A stretch of 64,000 bases of DNA from Candidatus Kapaibacterium sp. (GTDB lineage: Bacteria > Bacteroidota > Ignavibacteria > Kapaibacteriales > UBA2268), in contig OY762428.1 of assembly GCA_963665665.1 (NCBI GenBank), positions 2,432,001-2,496,000 of the forward strand. The letters are read 5' to 3'. The notes beneath the pieces were generated by a model. That model had not been told where the DNA came from. It saw nothing but the letters and a program-made list of their open reading frames with translations, and did not search any database. A program made the position numbers and the translations under genes. Shown here piece after piece: positions 19,501 to 31,600 of the stretch (the stretch's first letter is position 1; each line of letters begins with the position of its first letter).

Positions 19501-22500
19501 TGCAAAATTTGCCGGCGGAGCAGGTACTTTAACTCTCGGAGCAAATGCAAGTCTAACTCAGGATGAAGGTGCAGGTACAATTACTATAGAAAATGCTCTT
19601 GCCACAATAGTAATACCGGCTACAGCTTCATTAGCAGTTGATAATTTAACAATCACGAACGCTGCTCCACAGGTGACTACAGGTGATCTTACTATTAAAG
19701 GAGATATTACAAATAGTGATGCTGCAAATGCCGGACTTGACGGGACAACAACATTTTCAGGTACTGAAAATCAGTCGATTAGTGGAAATGCAGTTGATTT
19801 TGAAACAATTATTGTTAACAAAGCATCCGGTGATTTAAAATTATCAACTGATATTGTTTTAAATTCCGGAGCTGATGGTGATTTAACATTAACCAGTGGT
19901 AATCTTGACCTTAATGGTGATAATACTGTTACAATACCACAGACCAATTCATTGGCAACACTTAGCGAAACAGCAGGAGCAATGGTAATAAATTCCAATA
20001 CCAGTGCAACTTCTGGATATATAGAAGCTGAAAGTGGTGGTACCGACGGCAATGTTGGTGGCCTTGGACTGTCACTCGTTGATGTTGATGCTACTGATAT
20101 TGTAAGAAGGTATCCAATTGCCGACCTCAATTCAACAAGAAATCTTGCAGGTTCCGATGCAGTTGGTATATCAAGATATTATTACGTCCAGGAGGTAGCA
20201 GGAAACGGCATTACCTCTGTTGGGTCAGTATTCAGATATGATGATTCTGAAATAAATGGCGGTTCCGAAGCAAATCTCAGCCTTTATCATAGCGATAATA
20301 ATGCAGCATATGCTGTTGTTTCTAACGCTTCTGTAAATACTAGTACAAATTCATTTACAGGCCCAGCAGGAATGACTGCAATTACTGCTTCCCAGACAGA
20401 TTACTTTACTTTCGGAGTTGCATCAGGAATTAAATACTCGGATGTAACAACATCGGGTAATTGGAATGATGCCAGTTCTTGGTCACCAACAGGTGTACCA
20501 ACTTCAACAGATTTGGTAGTTATTAAAAATACTCATACCATTTTATTGAATACTGACGCAACTGTTTCCGGCCTTGAAATTCAGGGAACTGGCGCTTTAA
20601 AACCGGCTGCAACAGGAGAATATGATCTTACATGTTCTGGTAATGTTTTCTTTTCTAATGCAAGCGCAGTTCTATATGCAACAAACGGCGCCGGTAAGCT
20701 TAACCTGACAATGACAGGCGGAAACGCAACTACACCAAAGAAAATTAAACTTCTCGCAAATGCTAACTTCAATGTTAACGACCTTACTGTTACAGGTTAC
20801 TTAGAACAGGACGGAGCATATACAATTGACGTAAGCGGCGATCTTTATACAAGCGGCGCATCTTCATTTGTTCAGAGAGTAGGTTCAACCAACTTTAACG
20901 GAACAATACAGCAGACAGTTACAAGAGACGACGCTGCCACACTTACATTCAATAATGTGGTAGTTGCCGACAATGCTAATGTTACTACAAGCGATTCCTT
21001 CACAGTTCTTGGCAACTTCACAAACGGAAGCGCCGGTACTGCAACATTTGAATCAACAGGCGGAACAATAACATTAAGCGGTACAACTGCTATTACAAAT
21101 GCAACAAGCAGCACTCTTGAATTTTACGGGCTTAGCTTCCCTGCAAATGCAGCAGCTACCACATCAAGCAACTTTACGGTGCATGGTGATTTCACACTTG
21201 CAGCCGATGCAACATTTGCAGCAAGTGCGGGAGCTGTAACATTCGATAATACTGCAACAGCAGATATTACAAATAACAGCTCAAACAGCGCTTCCGACCT
21301 GACATTCTGGAATGTGAAAGTTACTACCGGTTCCAAAGTGGAAACAGCATCTGACTTCTACTACAATGGAACAGGTACAAGTATTGAAATCCAGGGTACA
21401 GGTTCTTACAAGCAGACATCAGGTACAACATACTTCTCTGCTTCAAGTGCTATCAGCAATTCATCTGCCGGTACGCTGGAATTCTCGAATATCAGCATTC
21501 CAACAGGTGTAGCAATGACTACAACATCAGATTTCTCGATCAAAGGTAATCTGACAGTAGCCAGTACAGGTACGCTTGTAGCAAGTAATCCTTCAAATAT
21601 TACATTTGATAATACTACTGCTGCAATTAATTTGGATGCTGATGATTTAATTGATTTTTGGAGTTTAACGGTTGCAGATGAAACAGAATTAACTGTTTCC
21701 GATTGGAATTATGATATACAGGGCAATTTAACAGTTCTTGGATCTGGAAGTCTTGTAAACTCTAATAATTTGGTAAAATTTATTGAACCAGTAACTAAAA
21801 CTATTACTAATAATGGTACTCTTGAATTTTACGATTTAGAAATAGAGAATAATACTAGTAGAGTAGTAAATACAACAAGTGATTTTACAATTAATGGAAC
21901 TCTTACTGTTGGTGTAGATGCAACTACAGGTTCACTTATTTGCTCAGGAAACAGTACAATTACTTTGAACTATGCAGGAGCTTCACCAACAACCAATGGT
22001 AATTTAGAAGGTGAACAATTAGCTCTTCAGTTCCAAAACGTTAAATTTACTGCTGCTGCAACACCAGCAGCATATTATGTTGTTAGCGGCGATTTTATTT
22101 CAAATGATTCTTATCACGCTACTGCCGGTGAAATATTATTCGACGGATCATCAGAGCAGACTATTAAAGGTTCAACAGCTCCTTACTTTGACGAGATTGA
22201 AGTGGACGGTTCAGGCGTAAAACTTGAAGTAAGCATTTACATTGACGGTACAATTGACGCTCTTCTTCTTACAGACGGCGATATGGATCTTAACGGTGAT
22301 AATATCATCACTTTCACTGCTACCGGAGCTGAACTTGATGAATCTGATGCCAACACAGTTAAAAATACTGGTATTGGTTCAGGTTATATCACAACTGTTA
22401 CATCTGGTGATTCTGAACCAAATATTGAAGCTTCAGGTTTTGGCCTTACATTCGATGCCGGCTCCCCAACAGGTATTGTAGTAAGGCGTTATCATAATGC

Positions 22501-25500
22501 TCTCAATATTAACACAACATCTACCGTTGAGAGATATTATTATATTACATTTACAGGCGGCGCAGTAACAGGCGTTACATTTGATTATGACAATACAGAA
22601 TTGAATGGTAACACTGCTACTAACCTGTCACTATACAAGGCTTCTGCTTCAACAGCAACAAGCTGGACAGGCATCGGCGGTACTGCAAATGGCGGTACTT
22701 ATACCGGTAACATAGCAAAAACATCAGGCATAAGTGGATTAACAACAGGCGATTTTCTTGCAGCAACTTCACAGGCTGTTACAATAGCAGCACATCCTAC
22801 TGAAGGTGTTCATGAAAATAATCTTATGGCTGCTTCACCACTTATTGCAAGCGCACAGAATAAGAATATACTTGGTTTCTCGCTAACATCTACAGGTACA
22901 ACTGACTTTACCGGAATTGATATGACATTGAATATCGATCCTTCGGCAAAACTCAGCAATTTTGAACTTTATGTAGATGATGATAATGATCTCAGTTCCT
23001 ACGGAATGACGAAGATCGGAAACGTTACACAGAACGGAACTTCACTTCAGTTCACAGGATTTACACAGACTTTATCAGCAGCAACAGCAAAATACTATTT
23101 CCTCGTTGCCGATGTATCATCTGTAGTAAGTTCATCAACTCCTCAGATCTTTGCATCATTCACTCAGGATGACCTAACATTATCAGCAGGCACTGCAAAT
23201 TCAAACAATTTCCAGGGTACAGCTTATTCATTCGATCAGCTCCTGGTAACAGTTGCAACTGATAATGCACCTTCAGCAGGTTCATTAACTCAGGCATTAG
23301 CTGACCAGGCAATTTTCGGATTTAATTTAACTCCGAACCTGAACAGCCCGAATGTATCATTCACAGCTATTACTATTGACGCAGATCTTGATGGTGGAGC
23401 TCCAACTTCTGACTTCACAACATTCAAGCTCTATCGCGACAGGAATAATAATGGTGTTAAAGATGATTATGATATTCTGCTTAGCACAGTTGGCGCTATG
23501 CCTGGTAACCAGCAGATAGCATTCACAGGATTAAGCGAATCATTTAATGAAGAAATTAATTACATTGTTGTATGTACTATTATCAGTTCTGCAACTGATA
23601 ACGGAACAATACAGATGCAGATTTCTGACATTAATAATATAACTCTGACAAGTCCTGCTTTATTAGATGACGACGCTCCTTATGAAGGAAATGTAATGAC
23701 AATAGCAGCTGTTGCAGCAGCAACAAAACTCGTTATTACAGATGTTTCACCTGATATTTCATTTGCAGCAAACCAGGGATTAGCAGAGAATACACTTGTT
23801 GACGGACAATTGTTTACGGTAACAGTACAGGCACAGGATGCAAGTGGCAATCCACAGAAACTTACTGCTGCGAATAATGTTACAATTAGTAATACCGGTG
23901 CTTCATCTCTTGGTGGTACATTAACACAAGATATGAATGGCTTAAATTCATATACATTCTATGATTTAATACTTCACAACAGTGGTAAGGGCGAATCAGG
24001 TATTGTTCTATCGGCAGCAGACGTAGAAACACTAACCGATGCTACAAGTTCAGCTCTTACACTGCTTTCAAAAGAACAGACAACATCACTAAGCGGTTTG
24101 GCAATATCTGCTATTCAGCCTACTCAGGTAACAGCAAGCTGGACAAACACACTTCAAGATGAATGTATATTAGTAGTTAAAGCCGGTAGCGCACCTACTG
24201 ATCCGACAGACGGAACTGAATACGGTCAGGCAACTGCTAATAACTTCTCGACTCCTAATGCCGTTAACGGTACAACTGGAACCGGAAGCGTAGTTGTTTA
24301 CAAAGGTACAGGCGAAACAGTAAACGTTACTGGCCTTACAGCTGGTACAACATATTACTTTGCGTTGTATAATTATTATGATCAGGCAAATGTAATTAAT
24401 TACAGAATAACAGCGGAACCGGAAAACAGTATAATTCTTGTATCCGAAACAACACTGGATACAGAACCAACTGTACCGGCAAGTTCAATTGCATACTCAG
24501 GTGTTACTTCCACAAGTATGAGGCTTACATGGACACGCGGTAACGGTGAAAACAATATCGTTGTTGCAAGAGCAGGTTCGGCAGCTCCAAGCCCGACAGA
24601 CGGAACAACTTATGGTTCCAGCACAGCTTATGGCGCTGCAACTGCAGCAATAAGTACTGGCTATGTAGTTTATGATGGTACTGCTAACACAGCAGAAATA
24701 ACAAACCTAATTCCGAATACAGAGTATTACTTTGCTATATATGAATATTCAGGATCAGGCGACGATATTAACTATCTGACAACAGGAGCTGTAACAGGAA
24801 ATCGCTACACATTGGTTAGCGAACCTACAGCTCAGGCTCATGATATTACTTTCAGTGAAATGACACAGGGTACTAATAACGAGTTTAAAGTAAACTGGGT
24901 TAATGGTAATGGAGATTACAGAATAGTTGTTGCAAAAGCAGCTTCCGCTATTACTGCATCTGAAACACCTGTTGACGCTTCAATCTATACATCAAATGTT
25001 GTTGCTGATCCGGTTACTTACGGTACTACTGAAGCCATTGGCGACGGTTATATTATCTATAATAACTACGGTTCAAGTAATACAAACAATTATATAACAC
25101 TCCAGGGTCTTACATACGGCCAGACTTATTACTTCAAAGTATTTGAATTTAACGGTACAGGTACAACTGCAGACGATTCTAAATTCAATTATCTGACTGA
25201 CGATGCTACGGATAATCCAAGCAGCCGCGAAGCAGATTCTTATGAAGATAATAACACACTCGCAAATGCAGTTCAGATTACTGCCGACGGTACTCTCTAC
25301 CAGGGTATTATCAGCTCTGCAACTGACGAGGACTGGCTATACTTTACTCCGGATATTGCAAATAACCTGAACAATGTAAGGATCAAACTTACATCACTTC
25401 CTAAAGACTATACAATCGAAGTTTACACTTCTGCCGGAAGATTGGTCAGGAGTTCAAAACGTACAGGCACAACTGACGAGATCATCGTTATCAACAACCT

Positions 25501-25615
25501 GCCTGTTGGCGATTACTATATCAAGATATACAGCCCGAGTGGTGACTACAGCCTTACTCCTTACAGGGTGAACGCTGTATCCAGCACTGCGGATTATAAG
25601 AGCGATACCCCGTAA
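16517..25615 (+). CDS. Giant secreted adhesin/surface protein: two G8-like/beta-helix modules, Ig-like, 3x FN3-like, C-terminal PPC domain
   Basis: Signal peptide ending AWA; SGNWSDPDTW and SGNWNDASSW module starts; Thr/Gly/Ala-rich beta repeats; FN3 motifs (LTAGTTYYFALY); DSYEDNNT...DEDW PPC motif. Confidence 0.8.
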   Translation: MKKKNRLLRIGIFLAFFFALSLGTEAWAATIVTNTSGNWSDPDTWVGGALPTASDVVQIEHDLTLDGDYTCAGIVIDNDDDGDIDLKPATTGTYTLTVNGNITMASTTDKDGILYNNTNGRLNLKITGTSVITTSVAADGADGIQVNDLIISGTVTHTGAHQIDIYNNMYVNGGGSFTDGTSAGNIISFAGADSYIYNTSSASAPLVFYDLTFAAAATDAETNASFTVKGTLTTAGGSALTATAGTITFSPIANDVVIASSGTTTLNNIVIANTTYDVTSTGDISIDGSYTQSGTTGTVIHAAAGRITFSGSGTITVPTTASTPDFGFVTIDGTYVLEGSIDVLGASGTDDFNVDASDSFIANSGTVSVTSNGAQIDVEANATCTFYDLSIGTGTAAETQEITATSIITVTNDLTVAESGVAVASSDANSPAPSITMTGGTAIGSAVTLDLSGIDPADVGFFNPGNLYIGSGAFVEINTHASGWELEETTDDTLHVRGTFIVPLGNKILGDADAGDVHEFVYIYSGATLATSCIGGLFDDSNTGDAAAFDTDDGTADLTFAFEDISATNFYFYPVGTNFIQFGDDLPSQQCGNLTLAPTGSAMDATFTQGNFTVNGNFITAGTQDVVFTATTDLTLAGSNNTITHGSSGNLTFGLLSITGSYSTDDDFEVAAAGAAAFDATGGTFLATTPSNITLTGAAPQIDAGTITFYDLTIGDGTAACAAVLNNDITITGDLILGDDSGVGVLDGSLTAASQARVTFDNTASAVSPNHITVGAENDIDPCITFNNLTIAANSHIDVTTATSNILFTDGGAAAGITLGSGSSFVWSAGTLQIGSGTTAFGTTITVASDATLTLFNIDIFDIANNAITTDDSFIINGAITSTGDAAATSFTASSPSVITFGGSTTMDIAVGATGSLTFYDVIVNNTSTLGLTITTGDALTISGDLTVNSSAKFIPAADATVTFSGTDNTIVNNGTLTLGLTTFAASSDYSLTGNAKFAGGAGTLTLGANASLTQDEGAGTITIENALATIVIPATASLAVDNLTITNAAPQVTTGDLTIKGDITNSDAANAGLDGTTTFSGTENQSISGNAVDFETIIVNKASGDLKLSTDIVLNSGADGDLTLTSGNLDLNGDNTVTIPQTNSLATLSETAGAMVINSNTSATSGYIEAESGGTDGNVGGLGLSLVDVDATDIVRRYPIADLNSTRNLAGSDAVGISRYYYVQEVAGNGITSVGSVFRYDDSEINGGSEANLSLYHSDNNAAYAVVSNASVNTSTNSFTGPAGMTAITASQTDYFTFGVASGIKYSDVTTSGNWNDASSWSPTGVPTSTDLVVIKNTHTILLNTDATVSGLEIQGTGALKPAATGEYDLTCSGNVFFSNASAVLYATNGAGKLNLTMTGGNATTPKKIKLLANANFNVNDLTVTGYLEQDGAYTIDVSGDLYTSGASSFVQRVGSTNFNGTIQQTVTRDDAATLTFNNVVVADNANVTTSDSFTVLGNFTNGSAGTATFESTGGTITLSGTTAITNATSSTLEFYGLSFPANAAATTSSNFTVHGDFTLAADATFAASAGAVTFDNTATADITNNSSNSASDLTFWNVKVTTGSKVETASDFYYNGTGTSIEIQGTGSYKQTSGTTYFSASSAISNSSAGTLEFSNISIPTGVAMTTTSDFSIKGNLTVASTGTLVASNPSNITFDNTTAAINLDADDLIDFWSLTVADETELTVSDWNYDIQGNLTVLGSGSLVNSNNLVKFIEPVTKTITNNGTLEFYDLEIENNTSRVVNTTSDFTINGTLTVGVDATTGSLICSGNSTITLNYAGASPTTNGNLEGEQLALQFQNVKFTAAATPAAYYVVSGDFISNDSYHATAGEILFDGSSEQTIKGSTAPYFDEIEVDGSGVKLEVSIYIDGTIDALLLTDGDMDLNGDNIITFTATGAELDESDANTVKNTGIGSGYITTVTSGDSEPNIEASGFGLTFDAGSPTGIVVRRYHNALNINTTSTVERYYYITFTGGAVTGVTFDYDNTELNGNTATNLSLYKASASTATSWTGIGGTANGGTYTGNIAKTSGISGLTTGDFLAATSQAVTIAAHPTEGVHENNLMAASPLIASAQNKNILGFSLTSTGTTDFTGIDMTLNIDPSAKLSNFELYVDDDNDLSSYGMTKIGNVTQNGTSLQFTGFTQTLSAATAKYYFLVADVSSVVSSSTPQIFASFTQDDLTLSAGTANSNNFQGTAYSFDQLLVTVATDNAPSAGSLTQALADQAIFGFNLTPNLNSPNVSFTAITIDADLDGGAPTSDFTTFKLYRDRNNNGVKDDYDILLSTVGAMPGNQQIAFTGLSESFNEEINYIVVCTIISSATDNGTIQMQISDINNITLTSPALLDDDAPYEGNVMTIAAVAAATKLVITDVSPDISFAANQGLAENTLVDGQLFTVTVQAQDASGNPQKLTAANNVTISNTGASSLGGTLTQDMNGLNSYTFYDLILHNSGKGESGIVLSAADVETLTDATSSALTLLSKEQTTSLSGLAISAIQPTQVTASWTNTLQDECILVVKAGSAPTDPTDGTEYGQATANNFSTPNAVNGTTGTGSVVVYKGTGETVNVTGLTAGTTYYFALYNYYDQANVINYRITAEPENSIILVSETTLDTEPTVPASSIAYSGVTSTSMRLTWTRGNGENNIVVARAGSAAPSPTDGTTYGSSTAYGAATAAISTGYVVYDGTANTAEITNLIPNTEYYFAIYEYSGSGDDINYLTTGAVTGNRYTLVSEPTAQAHDITFSEMTQGTNNEFKVNWVNGNGDYRIVVAKAASAITASETPVDASIYTSNVVADPVTYGTTEAIGDGYIIYNNYGSSNTNNYITLQGLTYGQTYYFKVFEFNGTGTTADDSKFNYLTDDATDNPSSREADSYEDNNTLANAVQITADGTLYQGIISSATDEDWLYFTPDIANNLNNVRIKLTSLPKDYTIEVYTSAGRLVRSSKRTGTTDEIIVINNLPVGDYYIKIYSPSGDYSLTPYRVNAVSSTADYKSDTP

Positions 25616-25691
25616 TAATTCGACCTTGACGGACGAATGATCGCTTAAAATTGAAAATAGTATTATCATAAATATTTAAAGGAAAATAGAA

Positions 25692-28600
25692 ATGTTAAAG
25701 AAAACATCAATATCAGGCAGACGGGGAATCAAATCCATTATGACGCTCTTGATGAGTGTAACGGTGGCGTTGGTGATGTTTGCAACTGATGTGTTGGCGC
25801 AGGACTACGACTTCTCGTTGCGCCTTCGCAGGATGGGCGACAAGATCGGGGCTGAACTTTGGGTGCGCTCTTTGAACTCCTCGGCTCCTAAGCTTGGTTC
25901 CTTCACTTACTCTGTTGTTTACAACAGCAGTTACCTGCAGCCGGCAGCCACAACTTACGATGCCGGCGTTACAGACTCGGTTGACTATAATGTTAACCAG
26001 GCCGCAGACCTTCCCTACAGGGAAATCGAATCTTCCTTCGACGGAACAAACGGCTACAGCGCTATCCAGGTCGGTAACGGTTCGGGATACGCAGAACTTG
26101 AAATCACATTTACCGGGAACGCCTCATCAGAAGGCGTTCAACCCGGTACGACAGGGCGCGGTACTTTCGTGGGACGTGTTCTGTTCGATATAATTAACCA
26201 TGCCAGTCTGAGCGATTCAGATCAGACCGGTATCATCACAAACCAGACAGGTATTCCCAGCATTGTAATATATGATGCTAATGAAAACCTTCTGGATAAT
26301 ACAACTGATATTACATTTACAGATCCTTCTGCAATGAATATCAGGGGTATTACAATTCTTAATCCTAACGGCCCGAGCGAAGCTGTAAACAGGACTTCAA
26401 CATACCTTTCTCTTTCAGTTGCCGGATACCCGGTATATTTTGAAAGATCAGGACTTGTTAATCCTTCAACATACAGCTATGGTACAGACGGCCTTGCTTA
26501 TGCAATGGATTACTCACTTGACGGCGGCAGCAACTGGACAACAAACGTAATGCGCTTTGCTGAAACAACAGCACAGGCAACAGCTGCTACTTTTGACAAT
26601 CTTGCAAGCGGTGAAATCGAAACATCCAATGGTTCGGTTCCCGGCTATACAATCACAAAAGCTGACGGTAACCCGCTTACATCAAGTGGCGACGGTTACG
26701 GTGGCATTGTAAGAGTAATCTGGGAAGATAACCAGACATTTGCATACCGCTCAGAAGAAGCACGCCTTCGTATATATCAGCTTGAATCAGCAGGTTCAGG
26801 TTCTGATATTGACAATCGCGACAGGGATGATATATATGACATAAGTGACTTTGACTTTGTTCTTTCATCTCTCTTCTTCGTACAGCTTAACGGAAGTGAC
26901 GAATACTTCCGCACAACAGGAAACTACAGCAATGCTACTCAGCTTACTGTTGAAGCATGGCTTAACCTGAATGAATACGGAGCAAGTTCAAGCGAGCCCG
27001 GTATCGTTGCTTCAAGTGGCGGCCCTGCTTCTCCCGAAGAAGGCGCCTGGATTCTTTACCTGGAAGATGGTAAATATCCAGCATTCCGTGCCCGTGAATT
27101 TGACGACCGTGGTACAAATGGTTACATTGCCGAGCTGGTTTCACCCTATGCTCTGGATGTAGCTAACTCGGATATCACTCTTGGCAGTGATGCAGCAAGT
27201 GAAACTCACAGGAAAAACTGGACACATGTTGCAGCTACTGTTGCAAACAATGTTGTTACACTTTATGTTGACGGCCAGATTGTTGACCAATACACAAATA
27301 CCGCAGCTCAGGATATCAGGATGAAAACATTCAGCCATCCTATCTGGATTGGTGTTAATCCTAATATCTCGATTGATGCAGAAGATTATCTTAAAGCAGG
27401 CTTCAAAGAAGTACGCGTTTGGAGATATGCTCTTACACAGGCTGAAGTTCTTGAAAACGCAGCCGGTGTTTATGACATCATTGGAACTACATCAGCAATA
27501 AATCCGAACCCGAATGGTTCAGACATTCGTGCAGCTATCGAGATAGACTGGCCCTTCCAGGGTGCCAGAACAGATGCTGCTTCAGATGTTACTTTCCAGA
27601 ACGGTTTGAATACAATTGACTTCTACGATGGCGGTTCAATTGATAATACAGCTATCAACTATCGTCCCGACCGCGCTCATATCACACTGGTTACTCCAAC
27701 CGGCGGCGAAGGTATCAGCAATATCGAGGACAATACTTATGATATCAGCTGGATTGGTTACGGCCTTGGATCAACATCTCCGAGCTCGGAAGACCTTATG
27801 ATAGAATACAGCCGCGACGGTGGTACAAGTTGGGCAAATGCTCTTGATAACACTGCTGCACCGGCTGGCTTGCCTCTTAATGAAGTAGAAATTGAAGCAG
27901 GTTCGGCTACATGGGAACCTTATAACAGTGTTACCGAATCAGGCGCTTACCATGACCTTCAGGGTGTTGGTAACTCGATTGAAACAAACTATGTTAAGCA
28001 GGTTTATGTAAGGATCAGCGGTACATCAGGCAACGCACAGACAGATATCTATGATATGTCGGGCATGGTTTATGTTGCTCCTTACTTCTCACTGAGAAAT
28101 AATGGTGATGCTATCGTATCAATCGACGGAACCACATCACTTAACCTTTCAACAGGCGTAACATTCATGGAAGCATGGGTTCGCCCATATCGCTTCCCGA
28201 CAACAACTGAAGGTTACTTCCCGATCATCTCTAAAGTTGACAGTACATCAGGTGATGTACATTACATGCTGAAACTCAGGTCAGACGGAAGGCTTCAGTT
28301 TGATATTACACCATCAAGCGGAACTGTAGTGTCAGCTTATTCAGCTGCTGATTCACCGCTTTGGGAACCGAATGTTGAAATTCTTGACTCAGTATGGTTC
28401 CACGTTGGTGTATACGTTAATCTTGCAAGCGGAACAGGCGCAAGCGCTGTACGCTTCTATATTGACGGTGTTCCGCAGTATGTTGATTCAATTTCAACAC
28501 AGTATGGTTCGAATGTAAGCGTACCTGTTACCAATACATACCCGGCTTATATCGGTTATGAACCGTCAAACGGCGTTGATAACAGCAAAGCTTTCATCGG

Positions 28601-31600
28601 TGAAATGAGAGAAGTTCGCTTCTGGAACGGATACCCGGCAGGTATGGATATCTCCGGTACAGAGTCAATTGCCAACCCGACTGATATGACTAAGTTTATC
28701 CAGGGTGCTCTTGCAATTCATGCTGATGATCTGCTTACAACACCTACAAATTACCAGGAAAATCTTGTTGCAGCATTTACATTCGAAAATGGCGGTTATG
28801 TAAGTAATGGCTATCAGAGAACAATTGCTTCGACAAACTCAAATATTAAAGCTTATGTCCGCGGTGATATTGGTATCTCGACAGACGGTGTGGCTTATGT
28901 TCCTACAAAACCTTACCTGAAACTTGTTGAGCCTGTAACCCGCCAGGCAGTAGCTAACTCAGAAACATCACTGCGCTTGCGCTGGGCTGGTTTCGATTAT
29001 GACGAAGCCGGTTTCCGCTCAGGTTCGGCAGCCCTTTCACAGGATGCTGATATTGAGTATTCAATCCGCGGTGGCGGTGACGTTATTGTACAGCCATGGC
29101 AGGCAGTAGCAAGCACCAACTATGCCGGCGCTTATACTAATGCTCTTGGCCTTACAGCTACAGACGAATATAACTTTGCAGGCGTTACAAGCGGCATTCA
29201 GTATGGCGCTGAACTTAACGTTAGCATTAGTGATCCGGATGAAAATGATGACGGAACATACAATGATCAGGGACCGATCTACTCAGCTCTGACTAATGCA
29301 AGAATGGCTCTTACTGGAAGGGCAACTATCAACAGCCTGACACCATTTGAATATACAGATATTCTTACACTCAGGTCTGAAGGTAATCTCTTTACAGTAA
29401 CTCCTCCTTCAAACTTTACTGTACGTATGCTTCTTGAAGGTTTCCACAGCGGATCTGACGAAGATGTTACTGATATCGGTGAATCTTATGAAGGACTTGG
29501 AATTAAAATCAGGCTCTTTAATGAAATAGCAGGCGGACCGGGTACAGTAGTTGATTCAGCAGAATCAGTTTACGGTTACGATTCCGATGCTTCCGCTCTG
29601 AATGCAGGTACTGCTCCTGTTCGCGGTACAGACGGATCAATGTTCGCATCAGTACCGTTTATCTTCACTTCACTTGCAGACGGTGATTACTATGTAGTAG
29701 TTGAACACCTGAACCACCTTCCTGTAATGTCACGTTTCACAGCTAACTACCAGTTTGATGGTGATGATCTTGATACATGGACTATCGAATCTGGTTGGGA
29801 CTTCCAGTCCTGGGGCCAGAATGCAACTCCTACTTCAAGCAATTACATGAGCATGTCAACAGACGACATCTACTCAGGTAACGGCCTCTTCAGCGCCTAT
29901 GGCCAGACAGAATTAGACGAAGACGAAGTTGGCTACGATAAAACAGGCCTTATCTTTAACCAGGGTCAGGAAACTGCAACATCCAACAGGATGGCAGCTC
30001 TTGTAGCCGGTGATGTTTACCGTGACGGCCAGATCAACTCTTCAGACCGTATCAGGGTTCGTGACGATGCATCTTCAAATGTTAATCGTTCTGATGTTAC
30101 TGGCGACGGCCTTGTAAACGCTGTTGACCGTGATATCGTTGACAGGAACTTTAACAAGTTGTCTTCACTTATCGACCTTACTGTAGTTGACTATCCAACA
30201 GGCCAGGAAGTACCGATGTTCCCTTGGGTATCAGATGAGAAACCTTTGGAGCACGTATCCGACCTTAATCCTGAAAGAGCTATGGCAATGAACGCTGCTG
30301 CTAAAGAATTCATTGAAAATGGTTCGGTTCAGGCAGCACCTGTTGTAATGAGTTCTAAAAAAGGCGATCACACACTTGCAGGATTCAGTTACAGAGTATT
30401 TGCAGAACCACAGCTTAAAGACGGTAAAATGTTCGTAACAATGAGCATTGAAAACCTTGGCCAGGAATGGGCACCGGGTAACTGTACTTTTGCTCTTAAA
30501 TATGATAACAGAAATCTTGATTTCGTTGGCCTTACAGCTACAGACGAAAATCTCTTCAGCAGCGATGCAGCAGCAGGTTATTCAGCAGCTTATTCAGCAC
30601 CTGAAGAAAATGCTGACAACCCGGTTGTAAACGTCAGGACAATTGAAATTGACTATGACGGTTATTCAAGGCCGGTTGGTAACAACGTTCCTAATTCAAA
30701 AACAAAACTTGGTACACTCGTATTTGATGTAACAGGTTCAGCTGACGAATATGAATTCTCATGGCACAAACTTAGTGTAGTTCTTACAACAGACGGCCGC
30801 AACATCACTGGCGAAGGCGACTTCGTAACAGTTGAGCCGGTTAATGTTATCCGCTTTGCTTCTATCACTGTTCCTAACGGTGGTGAAGAATGGCGTTCAG
30901 GTAAGCTTTACACTGTAACATGGACAACACCAACTGTAAGCCAGATGGTTTACGTTGAATATTCAACTGACAACGGCGCAACATGGGGCAGAATTGCAGA
31001 AGAACCGGTAGACGCTATGAGCGCTATCTACAACTGGAAAACTCCGAGCATCCGTTCAACAGAATGTTTGATAAGGATTGTAAGAGTTGACGACGGTACG
31101 GAAGTTGACCGCTCAGATGCAAGCTTTGCTCTTCTTCCTGCTCCGGCAGAAATTACACGCCCGAGCGCAGCAGATCCGATCTACACTGGCGGCGCTAACG
31201 ACTTTATCCGCTGGAATGTTGACGATCCTACAAACGTTCGCTTCGAATTCTCAGACAACGGCGAAAGCGGCTGGGTTCCTGTAACAGCTACAGTAAACTC
31301 ACAGACTGGCGAAGTTGACTGGGTACTTCCTGCAGTAAATACTAAGAATGCTGTTGTTCGCATGATCAACTCTGAAACAAACGAGATCATGACACAGTCT
31401 CAGCAGTTCAAAGTTCTTGCCGGTGGCGTTACAATTACCAGCCCGCGTGCAGGTGATGTAGTTAACACTGGTGAACTTAAAGATGTTCGCTGGACTTATG
31501 ACAATGTTTCTAGGTTCGACCTTCACCTCAGCTTCGACGGTGGCGAAACATGGGTGGAAATGTCGAGAGAAGTTAACGCTCTTCCGCGTAACTACGAATG

